Positions 16,911 to 25,433 of a stretch of 48,779 bases of DNA are shown piece by piece. The stretch comes from a virus (Duplodnaviria; Caudoviricetes). The position numbers were made by a program, and so were the translations under genes. Every line of letters begins with the position of its first letter. Within the stretch, counting starts at the first letter, position 1. The DNA is taken from IMG/VR virus record IMGVR_UViG_3300044652_000067, positions 1 through 48,779 of that record; one strand, 5' to 3'. The notes under the pieces were generated by a model. The model saw nothing but the letters and a program-made list of their open reading frames with translations. It ran no database searches and was not told where the DNA came from.

Positions 16911-17137
16911 GCAGGGGGAAGGAGAAGTGCCCGACGCCGGGCAAGGTCGGCTACGGCACCGCTCACTTGGCTCACCAGGCCCAGCCGGGAGCGAAGAAAG
17001 CTGGGATGCGCCCGTACCAGTGCGTGTGCAAGCGGTGGCACTGGGGTCATCCACGGAAGAAACAGAAGATGATCGCGTCGGTCATCGCGGAGGGGAACCG
17101 GAAGCAGTGGGAGATGGAACGGCGGCGGGCGCGGTGA
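16907..17137 (+). CDS. Small basic Zn-binding protein
   Basis: CPTPGKVGY..A..A...RPYQC.C..WH motif; AAGGAG RBS. Confidence 0.65.
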   Translation: MSRGKEKCPTPGKVGYGTAHLAHQAQPGAKKAGMRPYQCVCKRWHWGHPRKKQKMIASVIAEGNRKQWEMERRRAR

Positions 17138-17559
17138 CCAAGCAACCATGCGGCTGCACTGAGGAAACGGCTTGTGCTGGGTGTGTGTCTCGGTATCGGC
17201 GTCAGTTGGGTGACCTACCAGCGGTTCTGCTCGAGCTCGAGGTGACGGCGGCGAAGCTTGCTCGAGCAGGCAGGGGTGTCGGTGGCTCGAGCACGGGACG
17301 TCCGGCGCCGTTGCCGTTCGACCCGGAAGCGGCGGCGTTGCGGGACGAGATCACGGGCACGGTGTTGCGGTGGGCTGAGGCGTTCCGGCTCGAGTGGCAT
17401 GCGCCGGTGAGGTGGGCGGACGGGTGGACGCTCGAGCGGGCGATCGGGTGGCATGACCGACCCGCGCATCGAAGCCGCCGCTCAAGTAGAAGTGCTGCGC
17501 TACGGCGGTCTGGTATGCGAACACGGCGGTCCGGCGCGGCTGACCGCCGCTGCCGCTGA
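17134..17559 (+). pseudogene. Probable truncated paralog of the 18504-19442 protein
   Basis: C..C..R.RRQLGDLP..L..L...PLPFD..A..LRDEI N-terminal pattern; the sequence degrades into low complexity where the next ORF starts (17453). Confidence 0.4.
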
Positions 17560-18220
17560 GGCAATTCTCGCCGCTGCTGACGCCGTGGACCCGCTACGGG
17601 CTGCGCCTAGGCGGGAGGAGATAGCACGGATCGTGTTCGATGCGGCACGGGCAAGAAGCCGAAGTGGGACGCCGACCGGTGACCGTTGCGAAGTTCCTTC
17701 ACCAGTCTTGCTGGATGTCCTGTCACGGCTCATACCGGAAGGAGAACAGATGAGCGGCGAAGGCCTGGCCGAGTTTCTGCTGGCAAGGCTGGCTGAGGCG
17801 GAAGCGCCGACGTTCGAGCTTGTGCCGTACGAGTGCCCGCCGGGCTGCTGTGCGCCTGCCGGGTGGACCGGCCATCAGTGCCTGATCTGCGAGGGCGGCC
17901 CGTCGTTCGGCGGCACGGTCGAGGCGGTCACGGAAATGGCCCGTGACCACGAGGAGCGGGTACACAACCGGCGGTGGGTGCTGGCTGACGCAGTGACGAA
18001 GCGGCGAATCATCGGCGAGCACTCGCCGGTGACACTCTACAGCGACGGCACCCATGCCGATTCGGTGCGGGTCTGCAAGTCCTGCGGCGGCTCCGACGCT
18101 TACTTCGAGCGCAGCCACTTGCCAGCGATGGGCGCGGCGAAGTACCCGTGTCTGACGCTCCGCCTCCTCGCTGCGCCTTTCGCCGACCATCCCGACTACC
18201 GGCAGGACTGGGCACTGTGA
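17453..18220 (+). CDS. DUF6221-like protein (internal start with RBS at 17750)
   Basis: From ATG 17750 (GAAGGAG RBS): LAEFLLARLAE..VLAD..KRRII..H..YPC.TLRLLA.PFADHPDYRQDW. Confidence 0.7.
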   Translation: MTDPRIEAAAQVEVLRYGGLVCEHGGPARLTAAAAEAILAAADAVDPLRAAPRREEIARIVFDAARARSRSGTPTGDRCEVPSPVLLDVLSRLIPEGEQMSGEGLAEFLLARLAEAEAPTFELVPYECPPGCCAPAGWTGHQCLICEGGPSFGGTVEAVTEMARDHEERVHNRRWVLADAVTKRRIIGEHSPVTLYSDGTHADSVRVCKSCGGSDAYFERSHLPAMGAAKYPCLTLRLLAAPFADHPDYRQDWAL

Positions 18221-18284
18221 CCGTTCTCTGCTTTCTCTCGCACCGGGACGACAAGCCGCAACAGGTGGAAGTCGGAGGAGCGCG

Positions 18285-18503
18285 GTGAAGGACTGCATGG
18301 ATGCGGTTAAGGCGCTCGGTGACACGCCAGAGGAGCGCAATCAGCGCGGCGTGCCACTCCTACCGCCGGACTGCTGCGACAGTTGCCATGAGGACGCCAG
18401 TGAGGGCTGGCACCCGCTGAGCGATATCGAGTGGCGCGGCGAGTGGTGGACGGTGTGCTGCCGAGTGGCGCGGCGAATCCATGAAGCCGGAGGACGACAC
18501 TAG
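18285..18503 (+). CDS. Small Cys-rich protein
   Basis: GGAGGAG RBS; CCDSCHED..VCC. Confidence 0.55.
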   Translation: MKDCMDAVKALGDTPEERNQRGVPLLPPDCCDSCHEDASEGWHPLSDIEWRGEWWTVCCRVARRIHEAGGRH

Positions 18504-19442
18504 ATGGCCGAATGCCCCTGCCGGTGCCACGGCTACGGCTCCACGCACAATCCCGGCTGTGACCTCGAGGGCGGCTGCGGGCATCTTCACCGCGACGAAG
18601 TAACGGCGGCGAAGTTCCGGGGCCAAGCGTGTCGAATGCCCCGCCACGGCAAATGCCGGGAGCGGCTGGAGCCGGGCTGGTGGGTGTGCCGCCACGCCGC
18701 GGCGGACCTGCGGGACCTGCTGGCCGACGTGCAGGACCTGTTGGACGCCTACAGCCAGGGGGACACGGTGAACGCCGAGAGGGGCGAGCACCGGTCAGGG
18801 AAGAAGCCGCACCCACCGCTGCCGATCAACCTGTCCCGGTTCGTCATCGCTCACCCGGGCACGGATGAGCCGATTCCGTTCGACTACGCCCACAACGGGA
18901 ACCCGGCAACCGGGCGACTGGAGAGCAACGGCCCGGACGCGCCGGACGTGTGGGCGACCATCCGCAACGCAGCGGCAGCGGTCGGCAGCTCGCTCGGGAT
19001 CGACCCGGACGACGGCTACGAAGACTACGAAGGCGGCGGCTGGTACGTCTGGCTCGTGTCCTTCCTCCGGCAACATCTAGGCGAGATAACCGCGCTGGAG
19101 TGGTTCGGCGAGTTTGTGTCGGCGTTCCGGGACTGCCGCCGCGCTCTAGCCGCTGCCATCGGTGAACCCCCCGGGCCGGTGCCGCTGGGTAAGTGCCCGT
19201 ACTGCAACGCGGAGTTATTCACCGATCAAGCGAAGGAGGTCCTTCGCCGGCGCCGCGCCGGTGAGGCCGTGAGCGGGGAGGACGCGAAGCCGATCACTGC
19301 CAGGGCGGACCGCGTGGTGTGCCGGTGCGGGGTCGAGTGGTCCGGCATCGGCCTGACCCGGCTGCGGCTGATCCTCAACCCGTCACCGCCAGCCGCGCGG
19401 CTGACCGCAAGCAGCGAAGGCAACGGCTGGATGGCGTCATGA
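18504..19442 (+). CDS. Zn-binding protein at the end of the early operon, candidate late-gene regulator
   Basis: Multiple CxxC-type motifs (GKCPYC, VCRCG.EW); sits just upstream of the late promoter/terminator. Confidence 0.6.
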   Translation: MAECPCRCHGYGSTHNPGCDLEGGCGHLHRDEVTAAKFRGQACRMPRHGKCRERLEPGWWVCRHAAADLRDLLADVQDLLDAYSQGDTVNAERGEHRSGKKPHPPLPINLSRFVIAHPGTDEPIPFDYAHNGNPATGRLESNGPDAPDVWATIRNAAAAVGSSLGIDPDDGYEDYEGGGWYVWLVSFLRQHLGEITALEWFGEFVSAFRDCRRALAAAIGEPPGPVPLGKCPYCNAELFTDQAKEVLRRRRAGEAVSGEDAKPITARADRVVCRCGVEWSGIGLTRLRLILNPSPPAARLTASSEGNGWMAS

Positions 19443-19461
19443 TCCGTTATCCTTGCTGGCG

Positions 19462-19689
19462 ATGGCTTGGCACCGACCCCACGCTGAGGCCCGCGCTGTA
19501 GACGCGGACACGCTGCTGTGCACCCGGCAGCAAGCGGCGTTCCTCTTGGGCAAGCATCCGGACACCATCAAGCGTCGGTACCAGCCTGTAGCGTGCGACG
19601 TGCGCACTAGGAACCTGCTGATCGACGCGTCCGAACTCTCGGAAGAGAAGCATCGCAGGGGTCGGCGACGCGCCCAAGCAGCCGCCTAG
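19462..19689 (+). CDS. Small HTH-like DNA-binding protein
   Basis: CTRQQAAFLLGKHPDTIKRR resembles HTH_17; start uncertain. Confidence 0.5.
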   Translation: MAWHRPHAEARAVDADTLLCTRQQAAFLLGKHPDTIKRRYQPVACDVRTRNLLIDASELSEEKHRRGRRRAQAAA

Positions 19690-19719
19690 TTGCGGCTTCA
19701 CTGGAAATTTGCATACCCT
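19690..19719 (+). promoter_or_regulatory. Putative late promoter
   Basis: TTGCGG-18bp-TACCCT in an AT-richer intergenic stretch. Confidence 0.45.
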
Positions 19720-19755
19720 ATGGGCGTGCGACCGCATTGCCTAGATGCGGTTTGT

Positions 19756-19795
19756 GAAAGCCTCAACTGCTAGTCGGTTGGGGCTTTCGTTGTCT
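19756..19795 (+). terminator. Intrinsic terminator-like hairpin
   Basis: GAAAGCCTCAACTG-CTAGT-CGGTTGGGGCTTTC followed by GTTGTCT. Confidence 0.65.
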
Positions 19796-19814
19796 CAAGG
19801 CAGGAGCACGCCCG

Positions 19815-20024
19815 ATGGCTGAAGCTTCCCGCTGTACGCATTGCAACCGGCCGATAAGTGACGGCCTCGGCCCCGTGCACCTGGACGGAGAGCAGCAGGG
19901 GAAGCAGCGATGCTGCTCCGACGACAGTGGGCTGCCCTACGGCTACAACGCCCATCCGGTGGGGACGCCCTGCCAGATTCCGTGCCGGGGCGAGTACGAG
20001 CCGGTGGAGACTTCCGTTGCCTGA
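19815..20024 (+). CDS. Small Cys-rich protein
   Basis: AGGAG RBS; CTHC..H..CC..H..C..C. Confidence 0.5.
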   Translation: MAEASRCTHCNRPISDGLGPVHLDGEQQGKQRCCSDDSGLPYGYNAHPVGTPCQIPCRGEYEPVETSVA

Positions 20025-20259
20025 CTTGCAGCAGTTCTACCCGAGCGGCGCTCCGATGCCGCCCTACGGCCCGAGCACCGAAGACGAGATCATCACCGAC
20101 GCTCTCGAATGGGCGTCGGCCATGCTGCAGCACCGGGACCAGATGAACGCCGCCGTGCACTGCGGATCGACCCGGCTCTCGCCCGTGACGGTCAAGGTGA
20201 ACACGGCGCTTGGCATCTGGCGTAGCCGCCTCGCTGCTGCTGAGCCTGAGCGGTCCTGA
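20017..20259 (+). CDS. Hypothetical protein
   Basis: GGAG RBS before TTG; GC3-biased frame. Confidence 0.45.
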   Translation: MPDLQQFYPSGAPMPPYGPSTEDEIITDALEWASAMLQHRDQMNAAVHCGSTRLSPVTVKVNTALGIWRSRLAAAEPERS

Positions 20260-20294
20260 TTCTTTCCGTCCCTCTGGGTAGGGCGGCTTAACCC

Positions 20295-20579
20295 GTGAAG
20301 GGATGGGGCGGCGTGGACGACTTCTACGTCCCGGATGAGCCGGTCGAGGATGTGCTCGCCGCCTACGACTCTGGCGACAAGGGCGTCATGTGGCCGCCCA
20401 GCAGCGCGGGTGTGACGCTGAACCCAACACCATCGCGACTGCTGCCCGTGCTGCGAACCGACTTCAACACGCCCGATGACAACGAACTCATCGCCCGCCC
20501 CGGCCTCTGGTATCTCGCCGTCGGTGATCGGTGGTGCTCCGCGATGCTGACGGGCTACAAGTCGAGGCGGACGTGCTGA
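20295..20579 (+). CDS. Hypothetical protein
   Basis: DDFY..DEPVEDV.AAYD.G.KG start pattern; start uncertain. Confidence 0.45.
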   Translation: MKGWGGVDDFYVPDEPVEDVLAAYDSGDKGVMWPPSSAGVTLNPTPSRLLPVLRTDFNTPDDNELIARPGLWYLAVGDRWCSAMLTGYKSRRTC

Positions 20580-20731
20580 TGGTAAGCCCACGCATCGTGA
20601 CGGCCCGGCCTGATCGGGCAACGTTCCGCGATCCTGCTGCCTGACCGGCTGACTTCCCCTAACCGCGTAGTTTGTCCCTGCTCACTTCCCCGGAGCAGGG
20701 GCACGGCTACACCAAGGATCGGAGACCGGGC

Positions 20732-20800
20732 ATGTGGACCGTCATCGTGATCATCCTGGTGGTGGTCCTGCTCGTCCTACTGCTCACCGGTAGGCTCTGA
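20732..20800 (+). CDS. 22-aa hydrophobic micropeptide MWTVIVIILVVVLLVLLLTGRL
   Basis: GGAG RBS; stop overlaps the next ATG (TGATG); GC3-biased codons. Confidence 0.6.
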   Translation: MWTVIVIILVVVLLVLLLTGRL

Positions 20801-21072
20801 TGGTCGACGCGCATCCCGGCACTGGACTACCGCCGCACCTGGTCGAGTACTGGACTCACGGTGAAGGGGCAGCCAAGATCGGCTGGGGCACCCCGGATGA
20901 CTTCTATAGGTGCCGGGTAGAGATCAACAAGGAAGTCAGCGAGCACGGCGCGCCCCTACCGGATCACGAGATCAGCGGCCTCTGCGCCACCCTCCACAAG
21001 ATCGCCACCGGCGCATCACCCGGCCACGCGCCCGGCGAATCCGCCGGCCACCACCACGCGCGTAGCAAATAG
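20800..21072 (+). CDS. Conserved-looking actinophage hypothetical protein
   Basis: YW..GEGAAKI.WGTP.DF.RC...GLCA.LH..ATG..PG pattern. Confidence 0.7.
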   Translation: MVDAHPGTGLPPHLVEYWTHGEGAAKIGWGTPDDFYRCRVEINKEVSEHGAPLPDHEISGLCATLHKIATGASPGHAPGESAGHHHARSK

Positions 21073-21081
21073 ACTGCGCGC

Positions 21082-21288
21082 ATGCGCGTTGCAGCCATGA
21101 TCCCCCTCTCGATGATCGATGACGAACCGATGGTGCGGTCGCACCTGGAGATGGTCGCCGAAAGGGAGGGCCTGAAACTTGCAGGGCCGATTACCACCCG
21201 GGTTCTGTCGGACGCACACCATGCTGCCCTGTTCGGCGGCGAACCAACCGAGATCGGAATAGCCGAGGCGCCAGCCGTGCCCGGCTGA
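21082..21288 (+). CDS. Hypothetical protein
   Basis: ORF fills the gap in the operon. Confidence 0.45.
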   Translation: MRVAAMIPLSMIDDEPMVRSHLEMVAEREGLKLAGPITTRVLSDAHHAALFGGEPTEIGIAEAPAVPG

Positions 21289-21319
21289 ACACCAAGCGAC
21301 TAGACCGAAGGACACCGCT

Positions 21320-21733
21320 ATGGCCAACGCCGACGCCGCCCCGTTCACCCGCATCATGGAGACCCCGATCCCGGCCGTCGCCACCGCCGGCAACGACCTC
21401 ACCACTGAGATCGGTGTGTGCCGCGAGGACGAGGTGGTCACCGCGGTCACCTACGTCCCCAACGCCACCATCACCGGCCAGGCGACCAACAACCGCACCC
21501 TGACCGTGGTGGACAAGGGCGCGGCCGGCTCCGGCAACACCACCATCGCCACCATTACCTACGGCGCGGGCACGAACGCCGCCGCCCTGGTCGAGAACCC
21601 GATCCCGCTGTCCGGCACCGCCGCGAACCTGCAGGTGTCCAAGGGCGACGTCCTGGTGCTGACGTCGGTGCACGTCGGCACCGGTATCACCGACCCGGGC
21701 GGGCTGCTGCGCGTCACCCTCAGCCGCCGCTGA
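21320..21733 (+). CDS. Beta-rich putative virion (capsid decoration-like) protein
   Basis: AAGGA RBS; very strong codon bias like the capsid gene; Thr/Ala/Gly/Val-rich beta-strand pattern. Confidence 0.55.
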   Translation: MANADAAPFTRIMETPIPAVATAGNDLTTEIGVCREDEVVTAVTYVPNATITGQATNNRTLTVVDKGAAGSGNTTIATITYGAGTNAAALVENPIPLSGTAANLQVSKGDVLVLTSVHVGTGITDPGGLLRVTLSRR

Positions 21734-21745
21734 CCGCTGACCTCA

Positions 21746-21967
21746 GTGGCAGCCGAAGTAACTGCAGAGGTAGGCACCTGCGATCTTTGCGGGCAACGGA
21801 TGATCCGCACCGAGGATGACTGCTGGCATCCGTGGGACGTTGAGCGGGCATGCCCGCCAGAGCCGGCAAGTACGGACCTCACGGGCTGGCAGCGGTTCTA
21901 CTCGGCTGGTCTGCGTGGTGGCCGACCGGGACGCGAACACTTCCAACCCGAGGCTGTCGCGGGCTGA
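21746..21967 (+). CDS. Hypothetical protein
   Basis: CDLCG..DCWHP; coupled to the HNH gene. Confidence 0.45.
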   Translation: MAAEVTAEVGTCDLCGQRMIRTEDDCWHPWDVERACPPEPASTDLTGWQRFYSAGLRGGRPGREHFQPEAVAG

Positions 21968-22287
21968 TGCCCGGCGGCTGGCAGTACAGCACCCGGCGCC
22001 AACGGCTACCCGTCGACTGGCACAAGCGCCGAGCGCGCTGCTACCGAGACGCACACGGCATCTGCGCCAACCCGTACGGATTACCGAACTGCCGCCGCCA
22101 CGCACCGCTCCACCGCACAGGCAACACGCCAGCCGGACACGCCGACCACATCCACCGCGAGCAAGGCGAAGACGGCCCGCTCCAGTGGCTCTGCGACATC
22201 TGCCACAAGCACAAGACATCCCGCGAAGGCAACGCCGCCAGGCCACGCCAGACCAGGCCACCCGAACATCACCCCGGCCTCGTCTGA
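21967..22287 (+). CDS. Packaging-associated HNH endonuclease
   Basis: W..S.RR.RLP.DW..RR, ADHI, LQWLC..CH..KT..E, RPPE.HPG; upstream of the terminase. Confidence 0.85.
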   Translation: MPGGWQYSTRRQRLPVDWHKRRARCYRDAHGICANPYGLPNCRRHAPLHRTGNTPAGHADHIHREQGEDGPLQWLCDICHKHKTSREGNAARPRQTRPPEHHPGLV

Positions 22288-22476
22288 GGCAAATGTCCGA
22301 GTTGGAAGGTAGGCCCGGAGGGTCCCCCCACCCCCTTCAGCCGACACACCGGGGCGTACTGCGGCTCGCGGTGTGTACGGGTCTGGCGCTTTCAGCTTCG
22401 AGCACGAACCGCCCGAATCGGGCATCGCCTTACGTCCGGGCTAAGGACGGCCTACTCCAATCGGAGGGCTCCACCG

Positions 22477-22716
22477 ATGGCACATGTTGAGAACGGTCGG
22501 GCATGCATTGCCTTGCCCGACGGCACCACCGAGTTCGTCGAGACGGAGGAGTCGCGGCAGCACGTCTTCGAGGCGCTTGCGTGGCTGGAGCGTGAGCGCG
22601 GTGCGAGACGGCTGACCGAACCGCGCTACATCGGCATCCGCCGGATTCCGGTCGCTGGCCGAGAGTGGACGGTCGCCGAGTGGACGGCTGACTTCGAAGT
22701 TCCGGACGCAGCCTGA
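22477..22716 (+). CDS. Hypothetical protein
   Basis: GGAGGG RBS. Confidence 0.55.
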   Translation: MAHVENGRACIALPDGTTEFVETEESRQHVFEALAWLERERGARRLTEPRYIGIRRIPVAGREWTVAEWTADFEVPDAA

Positions 22717-23162
22717 TGGCACGTATTCAGGTTCTACCGCTGACCCCTCGAACGCTCGGCCGAGCTACCGAGACGCCGTTCGTGATCGTCATCGACCAAG
22801 TGGACGGCGAGCGCACCTGGGTCGGCGAGGAGGTCTGGACCGAGGTGGCGGCCGCGCGGATCAAGGCCGAGACCGGTGCGGTGCTGGTGCTCTTGTCGGA
22901 CGGCGAACTGACCGTCGCCAACGTCGACGAGGAACTGCATCAGGCGGCGCGTGCGGCGGCCGCGCGAGCATTGGCACCGGTGGATGGGGATCTGTCGCCG
23001 GACGAGTTGTGGGACCGGCTGCAACGGCTGTCTGACCCGGAGCGCACGGAGTGGCTGAGCATCCTCCTGAAGGACCACCGAACGGCCGGAGCGTGCTTCG
23101 TGGAGAACCACTCCGGGTTGCGGGCCGAGTTGGAGCTTGCCCGCAGTAGTCGGACGGGCTGA
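22716..23162 (+). CDS. Hypothetical protein
   Basis: TGATG coupling; MARIQVLPL...TPFVIVIDQ. Confidence 0.65.
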   Translation: MARIQVLPLTPRTLGRATETPFVIVIDQVDGERTWVGEEVWTEVAAARIKAETGAVLVLLSDGELTVANVDEELHQAARAAAARALAPVDGDLSPDELWDRLQRLSDPERTEWLSILLKDHRTAGACFVENHSGLRAELELARSSRTG

Positions 23163-23716
23163 TGGCCGGCAGGGGCCCGCTGCCGGACCCGAACGCCGAG
23201 CGGCGGAACGCTCCGACGATCCCGACGACGAACCTGCCCGCTGGTGGCAGGCGTGGGCCGATCCCGGAGCCACCCGGCTGGGTCGAGCTCGGCAAGGCTG
23301 GCCTGTCGTGGTGGCAGTGGGCCTGGCGTACCCCGCAGGCGGTGGCGTGGTCGGTCGGCGATGAGGTTGTGATCGCACGCCGGGCGCTGCTGGAGGATGA
23401 CCTGAACGCGGCGCAGGCCGCCGACTTCGGGGACTTCCTGAAGGACGTCGCCTACGCCGAGGACTTGCGCGAGATCAAGGGCATCGTGACCCGGCTGGCG
23501 GCGCTGGTGACGAACCGGCTGCAGATCGTGCGGGAGCAGAGGGAGATCGAGGATCGGCTGGGCCTCACTCCGAAGGGCCTCGCGTCGTTGCGGTGGAAGA
23601 TCGTCGCGGACGACTCCTACTACCCGCCGACCGGGGAGCCTGCGAAGAAGCGCGCGGCGACCGAGGCGAAGGTGACCGAACTCAGCAGCCGCCGGGCCCG
23701 CCTGTCCGAAGACTGA
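23162..23716 (+). CDS. terS: Terminase small subunit
   Basis: MAGRGP.P.P...RRN, WW..W.TPQA..W, E.R..EDRLGLTPKG...LRW; directly before the large subunit. Confidence 0.85.
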   Translation: MAGRGPLPDPNAERRNAPTIPTTNLPAGGRRGPIPEPPGWVELGKAGLSWWQWAWRTPQAVAWSVGDEVVIARRALLEDDLNAAQAADFGDFLKDVAYAEDLREIKGIVTRLAALVTNRLQIVREQREIEDRLGLTPKGLASLRWKIVADDSYYPPTGEPAKKRAATEAKVTELSSRRARLSED

Positions 23717-23719
23717 CCC

Positions 23720-25420
23720 GTGCCGCGCACCCTTGTGCGGGCAACCGGGCACACCCGGAAACGCGCCCTGCATGTGGCGCTGTTCTGGATCGAACACCAC
23801 TGCGTCCACGGCCCCGGCGACGTCCAAGGCCAACCCGTTGTGCACGGCGACGAGTACGCCGGGTTCATCCTCGACTGCTACACCCAGTCCGAGGCGGGTC
23901 GCCGGATCTACGACGCGGCGTTCTTCTCCCGGCCGAAGGGCTGCGACAAGTCCGGCCTCGGCGGCAGGGTCGCGCTGCTGGAGGCGTTGGGCCCGGCGAG
24001 GTTCGACGGGTGGGCCGAGGACGGCGACTACTACGCCTGCGCCGAGAACGGCTGCCCCTGCGGCTGGGTGTACTGGTACGAGCCGGGCGAGGCGAAGGGC
24101 CGCCGGGTCAAAGTCCCGTTCATCCGGATCATGGCCACCGAGGAAGGCCAGACCGGCAACGTCTACGACACGGTCTACTACAACCTCACCGACGACTCCT
24201 CACCCCTCTCGCGCATACCCGGTGTCGACGCCGGGCTTACCCGGGTCCTGCTGCCAGGCGGTGGGGAGATCACCCCCTCCACGGCGTCGAGCAGCTCGAA
24301 GGACGGCGGCAAGGAAACGTTCGTCGTCTTCGACGAAACCCACCTGTACAACCTGCCCGCGCTGCGGCAGATGTACAAGACGGTCACACGGAACCTGCGG
24401 AAGCGGAAGAAGATCGCCGAAACGTGGTACCTGGAGACCACGACGATGTTCGCGCCGGGCGACGACTCGATCGCGAAGCAGACCTACCGGAACGCCGAGC
24501 TGATCAGCGAGAACCAGGCCGCTGAGAAGAAGAAGCGGAACCTGCGCGAGAAGCTGCTGTGCGACCACCGGTGGGGCGAGTGCGAGGACTTGACCCGCGA
24601 GGAGATGCTGCGGGCGGCGATCCTCGAGGCGTTCGGTGAGGCGATCGAATGGAACGACGTCGACGCGATCATCGACGAGTTCTACGACCCGAAGACCAAC
24701 CCGCTCGACTCGCGCCGGTACTTCCTGAACAGCATCACCGAGGAAGCCGACTCGTGGCTGGCCGAGCACCTGATCGCCGGGTTCGCCGACGCCGCGAAGG
24801 TCGTAGCCAAGCGGGAATGCATCACGCTCGGCTTCGACGGCTCCCGCCGCCGGGCCCGGGGCGTTACCGACGCGACGGCGCTGATCGGCTGCCGCGTCTC
24901 CGATGGCCACATCTTCGCAATCCGGGTGTGGGAACAGCCCGACGATGAGCCGGACTGGACGGTCCCGGCTGTCGAGGTCGAGGCCGAGGTTCGGCAGGCG
25001 TTCGCCGACTACGACGTGGTGGGCTTCTACGCCGACCCGGCGAAGTGGGAGCAGACCATTGGCACGTGGGAGGCCACGTACGGCTCCCGGCTGAAGGTGA
25101 AGGCCACCCGCGACCATCCGATGCAGTGGTGGATGACCGGCGGGTCAGCAACCAAGACCGTCGCCGCTTTGGCCCGGTTCTACGACGCGGTCGCCGACAA
25201 GGAGATCACCTTCGACGGCGCCTCGGTGCTGACCCGGCACCTCCGCAACGCCCGCCGGCGGGTGTCCCGGTCCGGCATTCAGATCGCGAAGGCGTCACCG
25301 GAGTCCCCGCAGAAGATCGACGCCGCCGTGGCTGCGGTGCTCGCGTTCACTGCCCGCATGGACGCCGTCGCCGCAGGCATCACCGGCCGCGCGCCCGCCA
25401 TGGTTCGCCGAGTCCGCTAG
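23720..25420 (+). CDS. terL: Terminase large subunit
   Basis: Walker A-like SRPKGCDKS, Walker B FVVFDETH, nuclease LGFDGS..DAT, YADP, KIDAAVA. Confidence 0.95.
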   Translation: MPRTLVRATGHTRKRALHVALFWIEHHCVHGPGDVQGQPVVHGDEYAGFILDCYTQSEAGRRIYDAAFFSRPKGCDKSGLGGRVALLEALGPARFDGWAEDGDYYACAENGCPCGWVYWYEPGEAKGRRVKVPFIRIMATEEGQTGNVYDTVYYNLTDDSSPLSRIPGVDAGLTRVLLPGGGEITPSTASSSSKDGGKETFVVFDETHLYNLPALRQMYKTVTRNLRKRKKIAETWYLETTTMFAPGDDSIAKQTYRNAELISENQAAEKKKRNLREKLLCDHRWGECEDLTREEMLRAAILEAFGEAIEWNDVDAIIDEFYDPKTNPLDSRRYFLNSITEEADSWLAEHLIAGFADAAKVVAKRECITLGFDGSRRRARGVTDATALIGCRVSDGHIFAIRVWEQPDDEPDWTVPAVEVEAEVRQAFADYDVVGFYADPAKWEQTIGTWEATYGSRLKVKATRDHPMQWWMTGGSATKTVAALARFYDAVADKEITFDGASVLTRHLRNARRRVSRSGIQIAKASPESPQKIDAAVAAVLAFTARMDAVAAGITGRAPAMVRRVR

Positions 25421-25433
25421 GAAGGGGGTACCG

